A stretch of 64,000 nt of DNA from Theionarchaea archaeon (GTDB taxonomy: Archaea; Methanobacteriota_B; Thermococci; Methanofastidiosales; SZ-28-30). Each line of letters starts with the position of its first letter. Positions within the stretch are counted from its first letter, which is position 1. The notes under the pieces were generated by a model. The model was not told the DNA's origin and made no database searches. It worked only from the letters and a program-made list of their open reading frames with translations. Made by a program: the position numbers and the translations under genes. Below are positions 18,895 to 27,386 of the stretch, one piece after another. Where the stretch lies: assembly GCA_018992685.1 (NCBI GenBank), contig JACVGT010000007.1, positions 32,001 to 96,000 on the forward strand, given 5' to 3'.

Positions 18895-20420
18895 GCGTGT
18901 CCACCTGCCATCAATAATCCCAGTTCTTCTTCAGTGGTCTTCTGAGGATCTCGCTCTCCCACAATTTTCCCTTCGTAGATGACAGCGATCCTGTCAGAGA
19001 GACAGCGAACCTCATCTAAATCTGCAGAAATGAGAAGTATGGCCTTGTCCTTTTTCCTCATGCTGAGAAGGGTTTCATGGATGAACTCGATTGCGCCCAC
19101 GTCGAGACCTCTGGTAGGCTGTGAAGCGATAATAATCTCGGGCTCTCTTCCCAGTTCTCTGGCCACAATCACTTTCTGCTGGTTTCCACCTGACAGATAT
19201 TTGACCTCACTGTGTACCCCAGTTCCTCTAATGTCAAAGGTCTCCACCAGCTCGGACGCATATGAATCCACCTTATCATATTCCATTCTGAACCCGCGGG
19301 AAAAAGGAGCCTTAAAGTGGGATCCCAGTATCAGATTCTCGGATAGAGAGAAATCCTGGATGAGCCCTCTCTTCTGGCGATCTTCAGGGATGTGGGATAC
19401 TCCTGCGTTGATGAAGTCCCTCGGGGAGGAATGTGTTAGATCTTCCCCGTTTACAAGAATCTTCCCCCCGCTTGGGCTTCGCAGTCCCGTTGCCGTTTCT
19501 GCCAGTTCCAACTGGCCATTGCCTTCAACTCCCGCAATGCCAAGAATCTCACCTTTCCGCAGTTCCAATGTTATCCCCTGTAGGGCTTTCACTCCTCTCT
19601 CATTGTATGCTTCCAGGTTCTGCATCTGCATCACAGCCCCCTTTGGGGGGTGAGGAGGTTTTTCCACTACCAGGCAGACTTCTCTGCCCACCATCATTCT
19701 TGCCAGACTGGCAACATCTGTTTCCCCGGTGTGAACTGTTCCCACCAGTTGTCCTTTTCTCAGCACGGTGATGCGGTCACAGGTCGCCATGGGTTCCTTC
19801 AGTTTGTGGGTGATGAAAATGATAGTCTTTCCTTCTTCTTTTAACGATTTCATAACTTTGAACAGTTCTTCCCCTTCTTGTGGGGTCAAGACTGCTGTTG
19901 GTTCATCCAGAATGAGAATTTCAGCTCCCCGGTACAATGCTTTCAGAATCTCTACTCGCTGTTCAATGCCTACTGATATATCCTGGATCTTGGCTCTGGG
20001 GTCTACAGCAAGACCATACCGTTTTGAGATTTCTTCAACATCTCGTGCTGCCTTTTCTCTGTCCATGAGGAAATGAGTCTCCGGCTCAACACCCAGGACA
20101 ACGTTCTCAGCCACAGTGAAGGGAGGCACTAACATGAAGTGCTGGTGGATCATGCCAATACCCAGTGAGATCGCATCATTGGGATTTGTTATCGCAGTGG
20201 GCTTACCATTAACAGAAATTTCACCAGAATCAGGCTGGTATAGCCCATACAAGACGTTCATTAACGTGGTCTTTCCCGCACCGTTTTCTCCAAGAAGAGC
20301 ATGAATTTCTCCTTTTCTAACTGAAAAAGTAATATCGTCATTCGCCAGAACACCAGGGAAGCGCTTGGTTATGTGTTGCATCTCCACAGCATTGATGGGT
20401 TCTGCATTCATTGCCATCAT
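18891..20420 (-). CDS. Nucleoside/sugar ABC transporter ATP-binding protein (two NBDs)
   Basis: GENGAGKTT, LILDEPT, LSGGNQQK, SQPTRGLD. Confidence 0.93.
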   Translation of the reverse strand: MMAMNAEPINAVEMQHITKRFPGVLANDDITFSVRKGEIHALLGENGAGKTTLMNVLYGLYQPDSGEISVNGKPTAITNPNDAISLGIGMIHQHFMLVPPFTVAENVVLGVEPETHFLMDREKAARDVEEISKRYGLAVDPRAKIQDISVGIEQRVEILKALYRGAEILILDEPTAVLTPQEGEELFKVMKSLKEEGKTIIFITHKLKEPMATCDRITVLRKGQLVGTVHTGETDVASLARMMVGREVCLVVEKPPHPPKGAVMQMQNLEAYNERGVKALQGITLELRKGEILGIAGVEGNGQLELAETATGLRSPSGGKILVNGEDLTHSSPRDFINAGVSHIPEDRQKRGLIQDFSLSENLILGSHFKAPFSRGFRMEYDKVDSYASELVETFDIRGTGVHSEVKYLSGGNQQKVIVARELGREPEIIIASQPTRGLDVGAIEFIHETLLSMRKKDKAILLISADLDEVRCLSDRIAVIYEGKIVGERDPQKTTEEELGLLMAGGHA

Positions 20421-20534
20421 AAGCGTATTTCCCTTAAAAAGGCTACCGGTTGCATCTCTGGTGGCAGTATTTGATGGGCGAATTCTCACGATAACAGCTT
20501 AGGCAGTTCCTGCAAAATCAGACACCTCGCCCCT

Positions 20535-22379
20535 CTACTTCCTCATGGCTGTCTTTCTTTCATGATTTTCGGTTCTAGCCTCTGCCCCTGGCACTCTTTT
20601 GTCTGCTCTCAGCACTGAGATGATGTTCTCGAGAGACTGGTCATAGTACAATACGCCCCTTTCTCTGAGAATCTCCAGTATGTGCAAAAGCTCTTTCTCC
20701 TCCAGATGGGAAAAGTGTTGCTGTACCTGGGTGAATGACGTTATGCTGTCACAGAAAACTAGAAGGTCGGTCTCGTCTCTGCTAAAGGTACAGGAAAGAG
20801 ACCTTGATCCTTTTTCCTTAAAGGCAGAACAATCGGGATATTCTGTCCACTGATAATCGCTTCCAGCCCGGGAATAAAACTGCAGAAGTCTTTGAAAGGT
20901 GTTCCACAAAAGGTAGTGGCGAATTCTCCCTGCAAAGAATCCAAAGAATTCAAATCGTTCCCCCTCTGGCAGCTGCAAGACAGATGCGATTTCTGCCCAC
21001 ATGGGGTCTTTGTTGTAGGCATCCCTTTCATGTTCTGACATCTCATTGTAATATGGTGATCCCTTGTACAGTGTGAAGTACTTGGGGACAATGGAATACT
21101 TCCTCAGGAAGAATCTCAGAAATCTCAAGTTCACACAACTCTCCAGGACGTCTTCCTCAGTTTCAGGTGGCGTCTCTGCTACAAAATTCCCTTTGATCTC
21201 GAGGTTGTGTTGATCCCCGAGCTTGAGAGCCTGTATATTGTGGGCAAAAGAGTGTCTCTTTTCCATTTTCTTCAAGAGAGCATCAGTCATTGCTTCAAAT
21301 CCGATCTGCACGATTTCAAAACAAACCTTTTTCATGGCACGTGCTGTATCGGGGTTGATGAAGATTGGAGATGCTTCTGCAAAAAGGCGGTAGGGACGTC
21401 CTCTTCTTTCAGAACTTTCCACAATCAGGGCAAGCAGATGGTGGAATCGCTTCTTGTTACCGGGGAGTTCAGTATCTACAAATACGAATGTGTCACCACC
21501 GTGTCTCTTGGACTGGAATTCCAGTTCTTCGACAATGTTCTCAGGAGATCGAGCCCGATATGAGAATTCCTCATTCAGAACGCAAAATTTGCACCTGTTC
21601 CAGGGGCAGGAGCGCGACCCCCAAATGGGGATGATGACCCGCATGTCTTCATGAATGTGGGTTTTCAGTGCCGCAAAATAGTCTGTGTGGTCTGCAAATG
21701 GGTATGAATCCAGATCACAGCTTTCAGAATGCTTGTTTGTTGAGATGATGGCGGCACCATCCCGGTACACCAGATGAGGGATCTCGGTGAACGTTCCCTC
21801 TCGTATCCCCTGAATCAGATGAACCAAAGGGTATTCTCCCTCCCCCCATACAGCGTAGTCAGCCAGCTCAAATACCTTCATAAAGGCGTGAGCCTGTTCA
21901 TCATTGCGAATCCCTCCAATGACGATCTGTATTTCGGGGTTTAATTCTTTCAGTCGCCTCATTACATAAGAGCTCAGAAGCCACTGGTAGGTCTTTAGAG
22001 TAAATCCCGCCAGAGGTTCTTTGTAGAGGCCATTTTGGTATATGTAGTCATCGATTTTTGTTCGAAGTGTGTCTACAAAGGGAGGTATTTTCCCCTGATC
22101 AAAAAAGGGTGAAAAATACTGGTCGAGAACAGTCGTCTCGTGATGGGCACCTGAGAGATGTCTCACTGTATACAGAACGGGAGTATTAAGAGAGGACAAG
22201 GATGAAAACACAGGATAGTCCCCAATGTGATCCTGGAGTTCTGACAGCTCCTCAGCAAGTATTAGATTCCAGTAGATATTTGTCACAGAGATTCCCCTTG
22301 ATTGCAGGAACCCTTTCAGATATCCCAAAGCAGGATTGGGAATATCGTAACTGTAGGGGGGCAAACAGTTTAGTATCAT
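20535..22379 (-). CDS. Cobalamin-dependent radical SAM enzyme, RiPP-maturation C-methyltransferase-like
   Basis: N-terminal PP...P.PALGYLK B12 domain, IVIGG, GEGE, SRSCPWNRCKFC cluster motif (Cx4Cx2C), QIGFE; ATGA overlap with upstream rSAM. Confidence 0.82.
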   Translation of the reverse strand: MILNCLPPYSYDIPNPALGYLKGFLQSRGISVTNIYWNLILAEELSELQDHIGDYPVFSSLSSLNTPVLYTVRHLSGAHHETTVLDQYFSPFFDQGKIPPFVDTLRTKIDDYIYQNGLYKEPLAGFTLKTYQWLLSSYVMRRLKELNPEIQIVIGGIRNDEQAHAFMKVFELADYAVWGEGEYPLVHLIQGIREGTFTEIPHLVYRDGAAIISTNKHSESCDLDSYPFADHTDYFAALKTHIHEDMRVIIPIWGSRSCPWNRCKFCVLNEEFSYRARSPENIVEELEFQSKRHGGDTFVFVDTELPGNKKRFHHLLALIVESSERRGRPYRLFAEASPIFINPDTARAMKKVCFEIVQIGFEAMTDALLKKMEKRHSFAHNIQALKLGDQHNLEIKGNFVAETPPETEEDVLESCVNLRFLRFFLRKYSIVPKYFTLYKGSPYYNEMSEHERDAYNKDPMWAEIASVLQLPEGERFEFFGFFAGRIRHYLLWNTFQRLLQFYSRAGSDYQWTEYPDCSAFKEKGSRSLSCTFSRDETDLLVFCDSITSFTQVQQHFSHLEEKELLHILEILRERGVLYYDQSLENIISVLRADKRVPGAEARTENHERKTAMRK

Positions 22380-23704
22380 TCATGGGCCTCCTTTTGCTTA
22401 CTGACATATGTTTTCACCTGTGGCAGCCCGAAAACCTGCCTGGTAAAATCCACGGTGAAACAGCCAGGAGCATCCAGTGTTCCTTTCTCTCTCAATGCAA
22501 TGGCAGGGCATCCCCCCATACACCGGGGAAGCATGACGCAGGCTTTACACTCAGTAATGGCCAGGGGGTTGCGGGCCATCCACGAGTAGTATGCAGGTGT
22601 TTTGTCCAGAGAACCACGAGAGTTCAGAGACCCCACAGCATGGCGGGTGTCTCCTACCAAAGACATGCACTTGTAGACACGGCCATCCACATTGATGATG
22701 TGAAACCAATCAGTAATACCAGCACACAAGGAAAAGTACACACCAATTCCAAAAGGGAGTGTGGTGAATCCTTTGTGAGCAGCCATTTCCATGACTTCAC
22801 TGAAGAGATCTGAAGTCCCCGGATATCCGTAAGAACTGTAGTAGTGGGTACAGTAATCCATGCGGGGAGTAACCGTCCCAAAGTAGGTATGGGCCTTCTC
22901 AAGGCCAGCTTCTCTCAACATTTCAAGAAAGGTAATGATATTGTCTTCCCATACGTTAATTCGCATAATCAGATTCATGCCATGATCTTCAACACATTGG
23001 GCACCCTCTACCACTGATTGCAGGCTGCTTGTCTCATCAGGGAAAACCCTCCTGGTGTGGTGGTAGTACTCAGGTGCATCAAAAGTGATATGAATATCTG
23101 CTACCGTGAACTGTGAGAGGTTGTCGAGTCCTTCAGGAGTAAGGAGAGTTCCATTGGTGAAGAGCTTGATGAGGAGAGAAATACCTGCTTCACTACATGC
23201 CTCTTGCAGGGTTTCAGTAAGAGAGGTTATGCACTCTTGATTCAAGAGTGGTTCTCCTCCGTAAAGACTCACAAAGAGCGTGTCAATGCCTCGTACGATC
23301 TGATTCTCAGCAAAGGTTACCCCTCTTTCTGCTACCTTCTTGCTCATATGCCCAGTGCAGGCAGAAGAATTCCTGTAGCAGTACCTACAGTTCAAGTTGC
23401 ATTCGTGCGTGACAATGAAGTTCAAGAATGCAACTCTCCCAAGAGGAGAGCCCCGATATCCTGTAGAGGGGAGGCACCACTTCTTCTGTTCCAAGGAAGC
23501 CTGTATCAAGTTCATCTCTTGACCGGTGTCCTCTATGAGAAGTCCCTGCTTTGATAGTGCTTCAATAATCTCAGGGGAGCCTTTTCCGGTCATGAGGACG
23601 TCATACATTTCAGAATCAATCACTGTGAGAGACCCGTTCAATGTATTGTATACAAGGAAATCCTCTCTAAATGGGATAATAAAGCAGTACTGTGATCTCT
23701 GCAT
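22376..23704 (-). CDS. Radical SAM/SPASM peptide maturase 2
   Basis: RRE-like N-terminus (LVYNTLNGSL), CNLNCRYC, YGGEPLL, TNGTLL, SPASM C...GRVYKC...CKACVMLPRCMGGCP...C. Confidence 0.88.
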   Translation of the reverse strand: MQRSQYCFIIPFREDFLVYNTLNGSLTVIDSEMYDVLMTGKGSPEIIEALSKQGLLIEDTGQEMNLIQASLEQKKWCLPSTGYRGSPLGRVAFLNFIVTHECNLNCRYCYRNSSACTGHMSKKVAERGVTFAENQIVRGIDTLFVSLYGGEPLLNQECITSLTETLQEACSEAGISLLIKLFTNGTLLTPEGLDNLSQFTVADIHITFDAPEYYHHTRRVFPDETSSLQSVVEGAQCVEDHGMNLIMRINVWEDNIITFLEMLREAGLEKAHTYFGTVTPRMDYCTHYYSSYGYPGTSDLFSEVMEMAAHKGFTTLPFGIGVYFSLCAGITDWFHIINVDGRVYKCMSLVGDTRHAVGSLNSRGSLDKTPAYYSWMARNPLAITECKACVMLPRCMGGCPAIALREKGTLDAPGCFTVDFTRQVFGLPQVKTYVSKQKEAHE

Positions 23705-23709
23705 AATAA

Positions 23710-25053
23710 TCAAACCCAGATGATCTTTCCCGCCTTGAACCGGTCAGGAAGCTTCTTTTCGAGGTACCAACGAAGCTGATGTTTCATTTCCTGGTACGGT
23801 GCATAGCATCCAACTGCGTGGAATGTCCCATGCTTTTCATATGCAACAGCAGCACATCCTCCCCCACATGAGGGTAGCATCTGGCACTCACGACATTCCG
23901 GTATCTGCAGGGGGTCTCTGCTCATCCAGTCGTAGTAGGTCCATGTATACTCTGGTATGGTACCGTCTTCTGAAATATGACCAATGGAATGGTTTTTCTG
24001 CCCCACGAAGGTGAGACACTTGTAAAGATCTGCATGAGGATCTATGATGAAGGTTCCTTCCCCTAGGAATCCACAAAAGACGTGAGCTGGCTTGTGGGTG
24101 CGAATGACAGCAGCCGCTTGACCTTTTTGATCCACAATATCTCTGAATTCAGCAAGTACCTCACGGGCTTCTTCCTCTTTAATGCACTTGGAGTAGTCCT
24201 TACATGCTTGAGTTGATGCCCCCACTGTACCACAGCGCACAGGGACATTCTTGAATCCCCTCTCCTGAAGCTCGTCCAGCAGCTCACCGATGAACGGTCT
24301 GCTTTCAGAATCCACGTTCACCCTAAAGCTCACTCCGACGTTTTGGTCCTGCAGAATGTGAGCTGATTGCATCATGTCATCAAAGGTACCTCCTCCACTC
24401 TTGTAGAATCGTTTGGTGTCGTGGATGCGTTTGGGACCATCCAGCGTGATCTGTACGTAGTCTGTGTGGTAGCGCTTCAACGTTTCAGCTATTTCAGGTG
24501 TGACCAGAGTACCATTTGTCACCATCATTGTCACGTATGAGATGCCGTGGTCTTCTGCCCAGGAAAAGCAGGAATCCATAATGTACTCAGAATCGTCGAA
24601 TCTGAGCAGTGGTTCACCACCATACAGCGACACAGAAAATTCCCGCGCGTGAGTGTCTTCCACGTATTTCTTTATGAATTTCACAGTTCTTTCCCTGGTG
24701 TCAGCATTCATTGTCCCGCGGAATAGCTCTCCTTTTCCTTCATAGCAGTATGGACATGCTAGATTGCAGGCATATGTCGTTATGAGCATGAAATGGGGAA
24801 AATCCACCGTGTATTTCCTGTATTCATATCCTACCTTGAATTTTCGAGATTCATCAAAATCATCTTCTATGATTACCTTGAGCGCTGCAAGAGATTTGAA
24901 CAAGTCAGAATCCAGAATGTCAATATTCCCGGCTTTCAAAGCTTCCTTCAGCTCTTCATCTATTCCTATTACTGCACCACTCATCATGTTGGCCAACAGG
25001 TATTCTCCAGGAGTCTCTGTGGGGATAACTATGTTGAAGTTTGACACTTTCAT
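23710..25053 (-). CDS. Radical SAM/SPASM peptide maturase 1
   Basis: MKVSNFN RRE-like N-terminus, CNLACPYC, YGGEPLL, QITLDG, SPASM C...DLYKC...CRECQMLPSCGGGC...C; RBS GAGGTGA. Confidence 0.9.
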   Translation of the reverse strand: MKVSNFNIVIPTETPGEYLLANMMSGAVIGIDEELKEALKAGNIDILDSDLFKSLAALKVIIEDDFDESRKFKVGYEYRKYTVDFPHFMLITTYACNLACPYCYEGKGELFRGTMNADTRERTVKFIKKYVEDTHAREFSVSLYGGEPLLRFDDSEYIMDSCFSWAEDHGISYVTMMVTNGTLVTPEIAETLKRYHTDYVQITLDGPKRIHDTKRFYKSGGGTFDDMMQSAHILQDQNVGVSFRVNVDSESRPFIGELLDELQERGFKNVPVRCGTVGASTQACKDYSKCIKEEEAREVLAEFRDIVDQKGQAAAVIRTHKPAHVFCGFLGEGTFIIDPHADLYKCLTFVGQKNHSIGHISEDGTIPEYTWTYYDWMSRDPLQIPECRECQMLPSCGGGCAAVAYEKHGTFHAVGCYAPYQEMKHQLRWYLEKKLPDRFKAGKIIWV

Positions 25054-25068
25054 GAGGTTCACCTCAGG

Positions 25069-25099
25069 AAAAAAGAAAGGCAGGTTGAACTGCCTTTTG
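25069..25099 (-). terminator. Hairpin plus U-tract between precursor and first maturase
   Basis: Minus strand AAAGGCAG-ttcaac-CTGCCTTT followed by CTTTTTT. Confidence 0.6.
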
Positions 25100-25107
25100 T
25101 TATAGAC

Positions 25108-25215
25108 TTACACATAGGGGTGGCAAATTCTGCAGCACCAGGAACCAGTTCCTTCCGTGATGCACAGAGGCTCCATGATTTGCTCTTCTGCTTCGATGAG
25201 GATAGTCATGTTCAT
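25108..25215 (-). CDS. Putative RiPP precursor peptide, 35 aa (MNMTILIEAEEQIMEPLCITEGTGSWCCRICHPYV)
   Basis: Read manually, below the ORF-track cutoff; ATG 25215, TAA 25110-25108; acidic leader and Cys/aromatic core; TATA box 20 nt upstream; directly upstream of the rSAM/SPASM genes. Confidence 0.8.
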   Translation of the reverse strand: MNMTILIEAEEQIMEPLCITEGTGSWCCRICHPYV

Positions 25216-25234
25216 AGATTCCACTTCCTATTGC

Positions 25235-25250
25235 TATATAAAGTTTCTCT
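25235..25250 (-). promoter_or_regulatory. BRE/TATA promoter of the RiPP precursor
   Basis: Minus strand AGAGAAAC-TTTATATA ending about 20 nt before the ATG. Confidence 0.65.
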
Positions 25251-25527
25251 TTATCTTTATATACTTTTCTATTCATATGAATTCTACTAATTTCGTCACT
25301 CTTATAGTAATCAAATAAGAGCAAATGCAGAAGCCAGTAGTCTTTAAAGACAATATCTCTTGATATTTTGGACTACTTTCGTCCATGTGAGGTTAAATGC
25401 AGAGATTCTCAACCGAAATGCCCCCTTTTCTCACTTTTGTAAAAAGTGATAATGTTCGGTAGAAGAGCTCTCCCTCACAGATTTTGCAGAATCTGGTAAT
25501 TGCACCTGCGATCATGAGCTGGCCCGA

Positions 25528-25560
25528 GAACAAAAAAGTAAAAAGTAAAAAGAAGAAGTA
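25528..25560 (-). terminator. T-rich terminator after the BMP gene
   Basis: Minus strand oligo-T runs (CTTTTTA/CTTTTTT) immediately after the stop codon. Confidence 0.55.
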
Positions 25561-26601
25561 TTAATCCCAGGTGTATTCACCGGCCTCGTCAATACCAGTG
25601 GGAACCTTGATTTCGCCAGATGCGATCTGCTCCCTGTAGTCTTCAATGATGTCTCGTATGTCATTAGGCACGTGCTCGCAAGCACCAACACCATTCTCTT
25701 TTGCGCCAAAGCTCTGTATGCCGCCTGCAAAAGTCCCGTCGATTACCTGCCGTATGGTCTCGTATACAGCTACATCCACACGCTTTATCATACTGCATAA
25801 GAAGGTCGTTACCGGTACTCCCTCAATGGTGTCGCACTGATCCGCATCTACGCCAATGACCAATCCACCACGTTCAAAAGCCGCCTGGATAGCTCCCAAG
25901 CCAGATCTTCCGGCAGCAGCGAACACGATGTCTGCCTCTCCGTCATACTGAGCAAGGGCAAGCTCCTTTCCTTTTGCAGGGTCTACCCAGTCGCCCACAT
26001 ACTTCCAGGTGACCTCAACATCTGGATTGACGTACTCGGCTCCAAACTTGTAGCCAGCCAGGAATTTTCGAATCAAGGGTATGTCCATTCCACCTACAAA
26101 TCCAATCATATCAGTTTCAGTTTTCAGACCAGCAGCTGCTCCTACCAGGAAACTACCTTCGTTTTCCCTGAATACAAGAGAAGCCACATTAGGTTTGTCT
26201 ACCACCATGTCCACGATCGCAAACTTCTGGTCGGGGTATTCATCTGCAACAACAGTGATGGCATCTGCCTGATCAAATCCTATACCTATTATCAGTGCAT
26301 ATTCCCCGGACTTGGCGTACTGCCTGTGGAATCCTTCGTACTCAGCGATGGCTGTAGGTTCAACATAGTCAAATTCAATGCCGAAATCATCTCTAGCCTT
26401 CTTGATACCTACGTAACAACTATCATTGAAGCTCTTGTCTCCTAGTCCACCAGTGGCAAAGACAACAGCAATTTTCAATTCGGGGGGTGGGGGTGTAGAA
26501 GTTGGTGTCGGAGTTGTGGTTTCTTCCTCCTGTCCGATGCATCCCAATGTAAGGGAGCACAAAACTACCAGGGTGAACAGCATCTTAATACTTTTGTTCA
26601 T
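25561..26601 (-). CDS. BMP family ABC transporter substrate-binding lipoprotein (purine nucleoside type)
   Basis: Lipobox TLGCIG, Thr/Pro linker, GGLGDKSFN, IGFVGGM, IGVDADQ. Confidence 0.92.
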   Translation of the reverse strand: MNKSIKMLFTLVVLCSLTLGCIGQEEETTTPTPTSTPPPPELKIAVVFATGGLGDKSFNDSCYVGIKKARDDFGIEFDYVEPTAIAEYEGFHRQYAKSGEYALIIGIGFDQADAITVVADEYPDQKFAIVDMVVDKPNVASLVFRENEGSFLVGAAAGLKTETDMIGFVGGMDIPLIRKFLAGYKFGAEYVNPDVEVTWKYVGDWVDPAKGKELALAQYDGEADIVFAAAGRSGLGAIQAAFERGGLVIGVDADQCDTIEGVPVTTFLCSMIKRVDVAVYETIRQVIDGTFAGGIQSFGAKENGVGACEHVPNDIRDIIEDYREQIASGEIKVPTGIDEAGEYTWD

Positions 26602-27386
26602 ATGATTCCCTCCACGCTCACAGAGCTTGAGTAGATTTAAATACGTTTCGATGAAGCACCGAGGGTTCACTTTGATGTTAGAAGGAGCGTATGCGAGTCG
26701 TTGCTTTTCCGAAATGATGGTCCATTTGCAGGCCAATGAAGTCCTCCTCAAGAGCAACTGGGATTCGCTTTTTCTTTCTTACCCTCTTCCAGCTTTTCCT
26801 TCTTGTTTACAGGGTTCCGGTACAGTCCTTGTGTGAGAATCCCCTTTCTCATTCTTGAAGAAGTTCCTTCATTCTTGAGACCCCTCGCCCAGCCTCAAGG
26901 AAGCGTTGCTCTTCAGAACCAAAAAAGCTTTAGGGTCAAGGACTGAAAGGGAGGTGAAAGATGTGAATCTGCCCGTTTCAGTAAAACCCTCAATTTCCCC
27001 GCTCTCTCGGTTCTGGGTTCAGAAGGAAGGAGTTTTCGTGACCAACGGCGCCCGTGATTTAAGGGACCCAGAAAGCTGTAGCTCCCACTGTTAAAGTTGA
27101 AATAATTAGAACTCTTTGCTGAAGTCCCATCGGCATTCAAAATGTTCTCGTTCTCACTACCTGTTCTGGTGGGTAGGACGCCCCGGCAGCCCTGTCCCAA
27201 AGCTTCTGCTCTCACGTACATTTTGATCTCCTGGTTCTTTCAACTTCCTTCCTCTGGAGACTGAGATGGAGGTTCAGTAGCGTGGATTCCTGCAGCCTGC
27301 ATCTCAGTCCATGTGTACAATCCTGTCTGAAAAACGGGATACACCTACGGAAGATTTATATAGGGTTTATATTAATTTTCTGTTGC

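Noticed and set aside
25100-25324. 74-aa ORF-track ORF upstream of the rSAM genes as the precursor
   Set aside because: Weak start, runs through the TATA box and lacks leader/core structure; the 35-aa ORF in another frame fits the promoter, composition and hairpin much better
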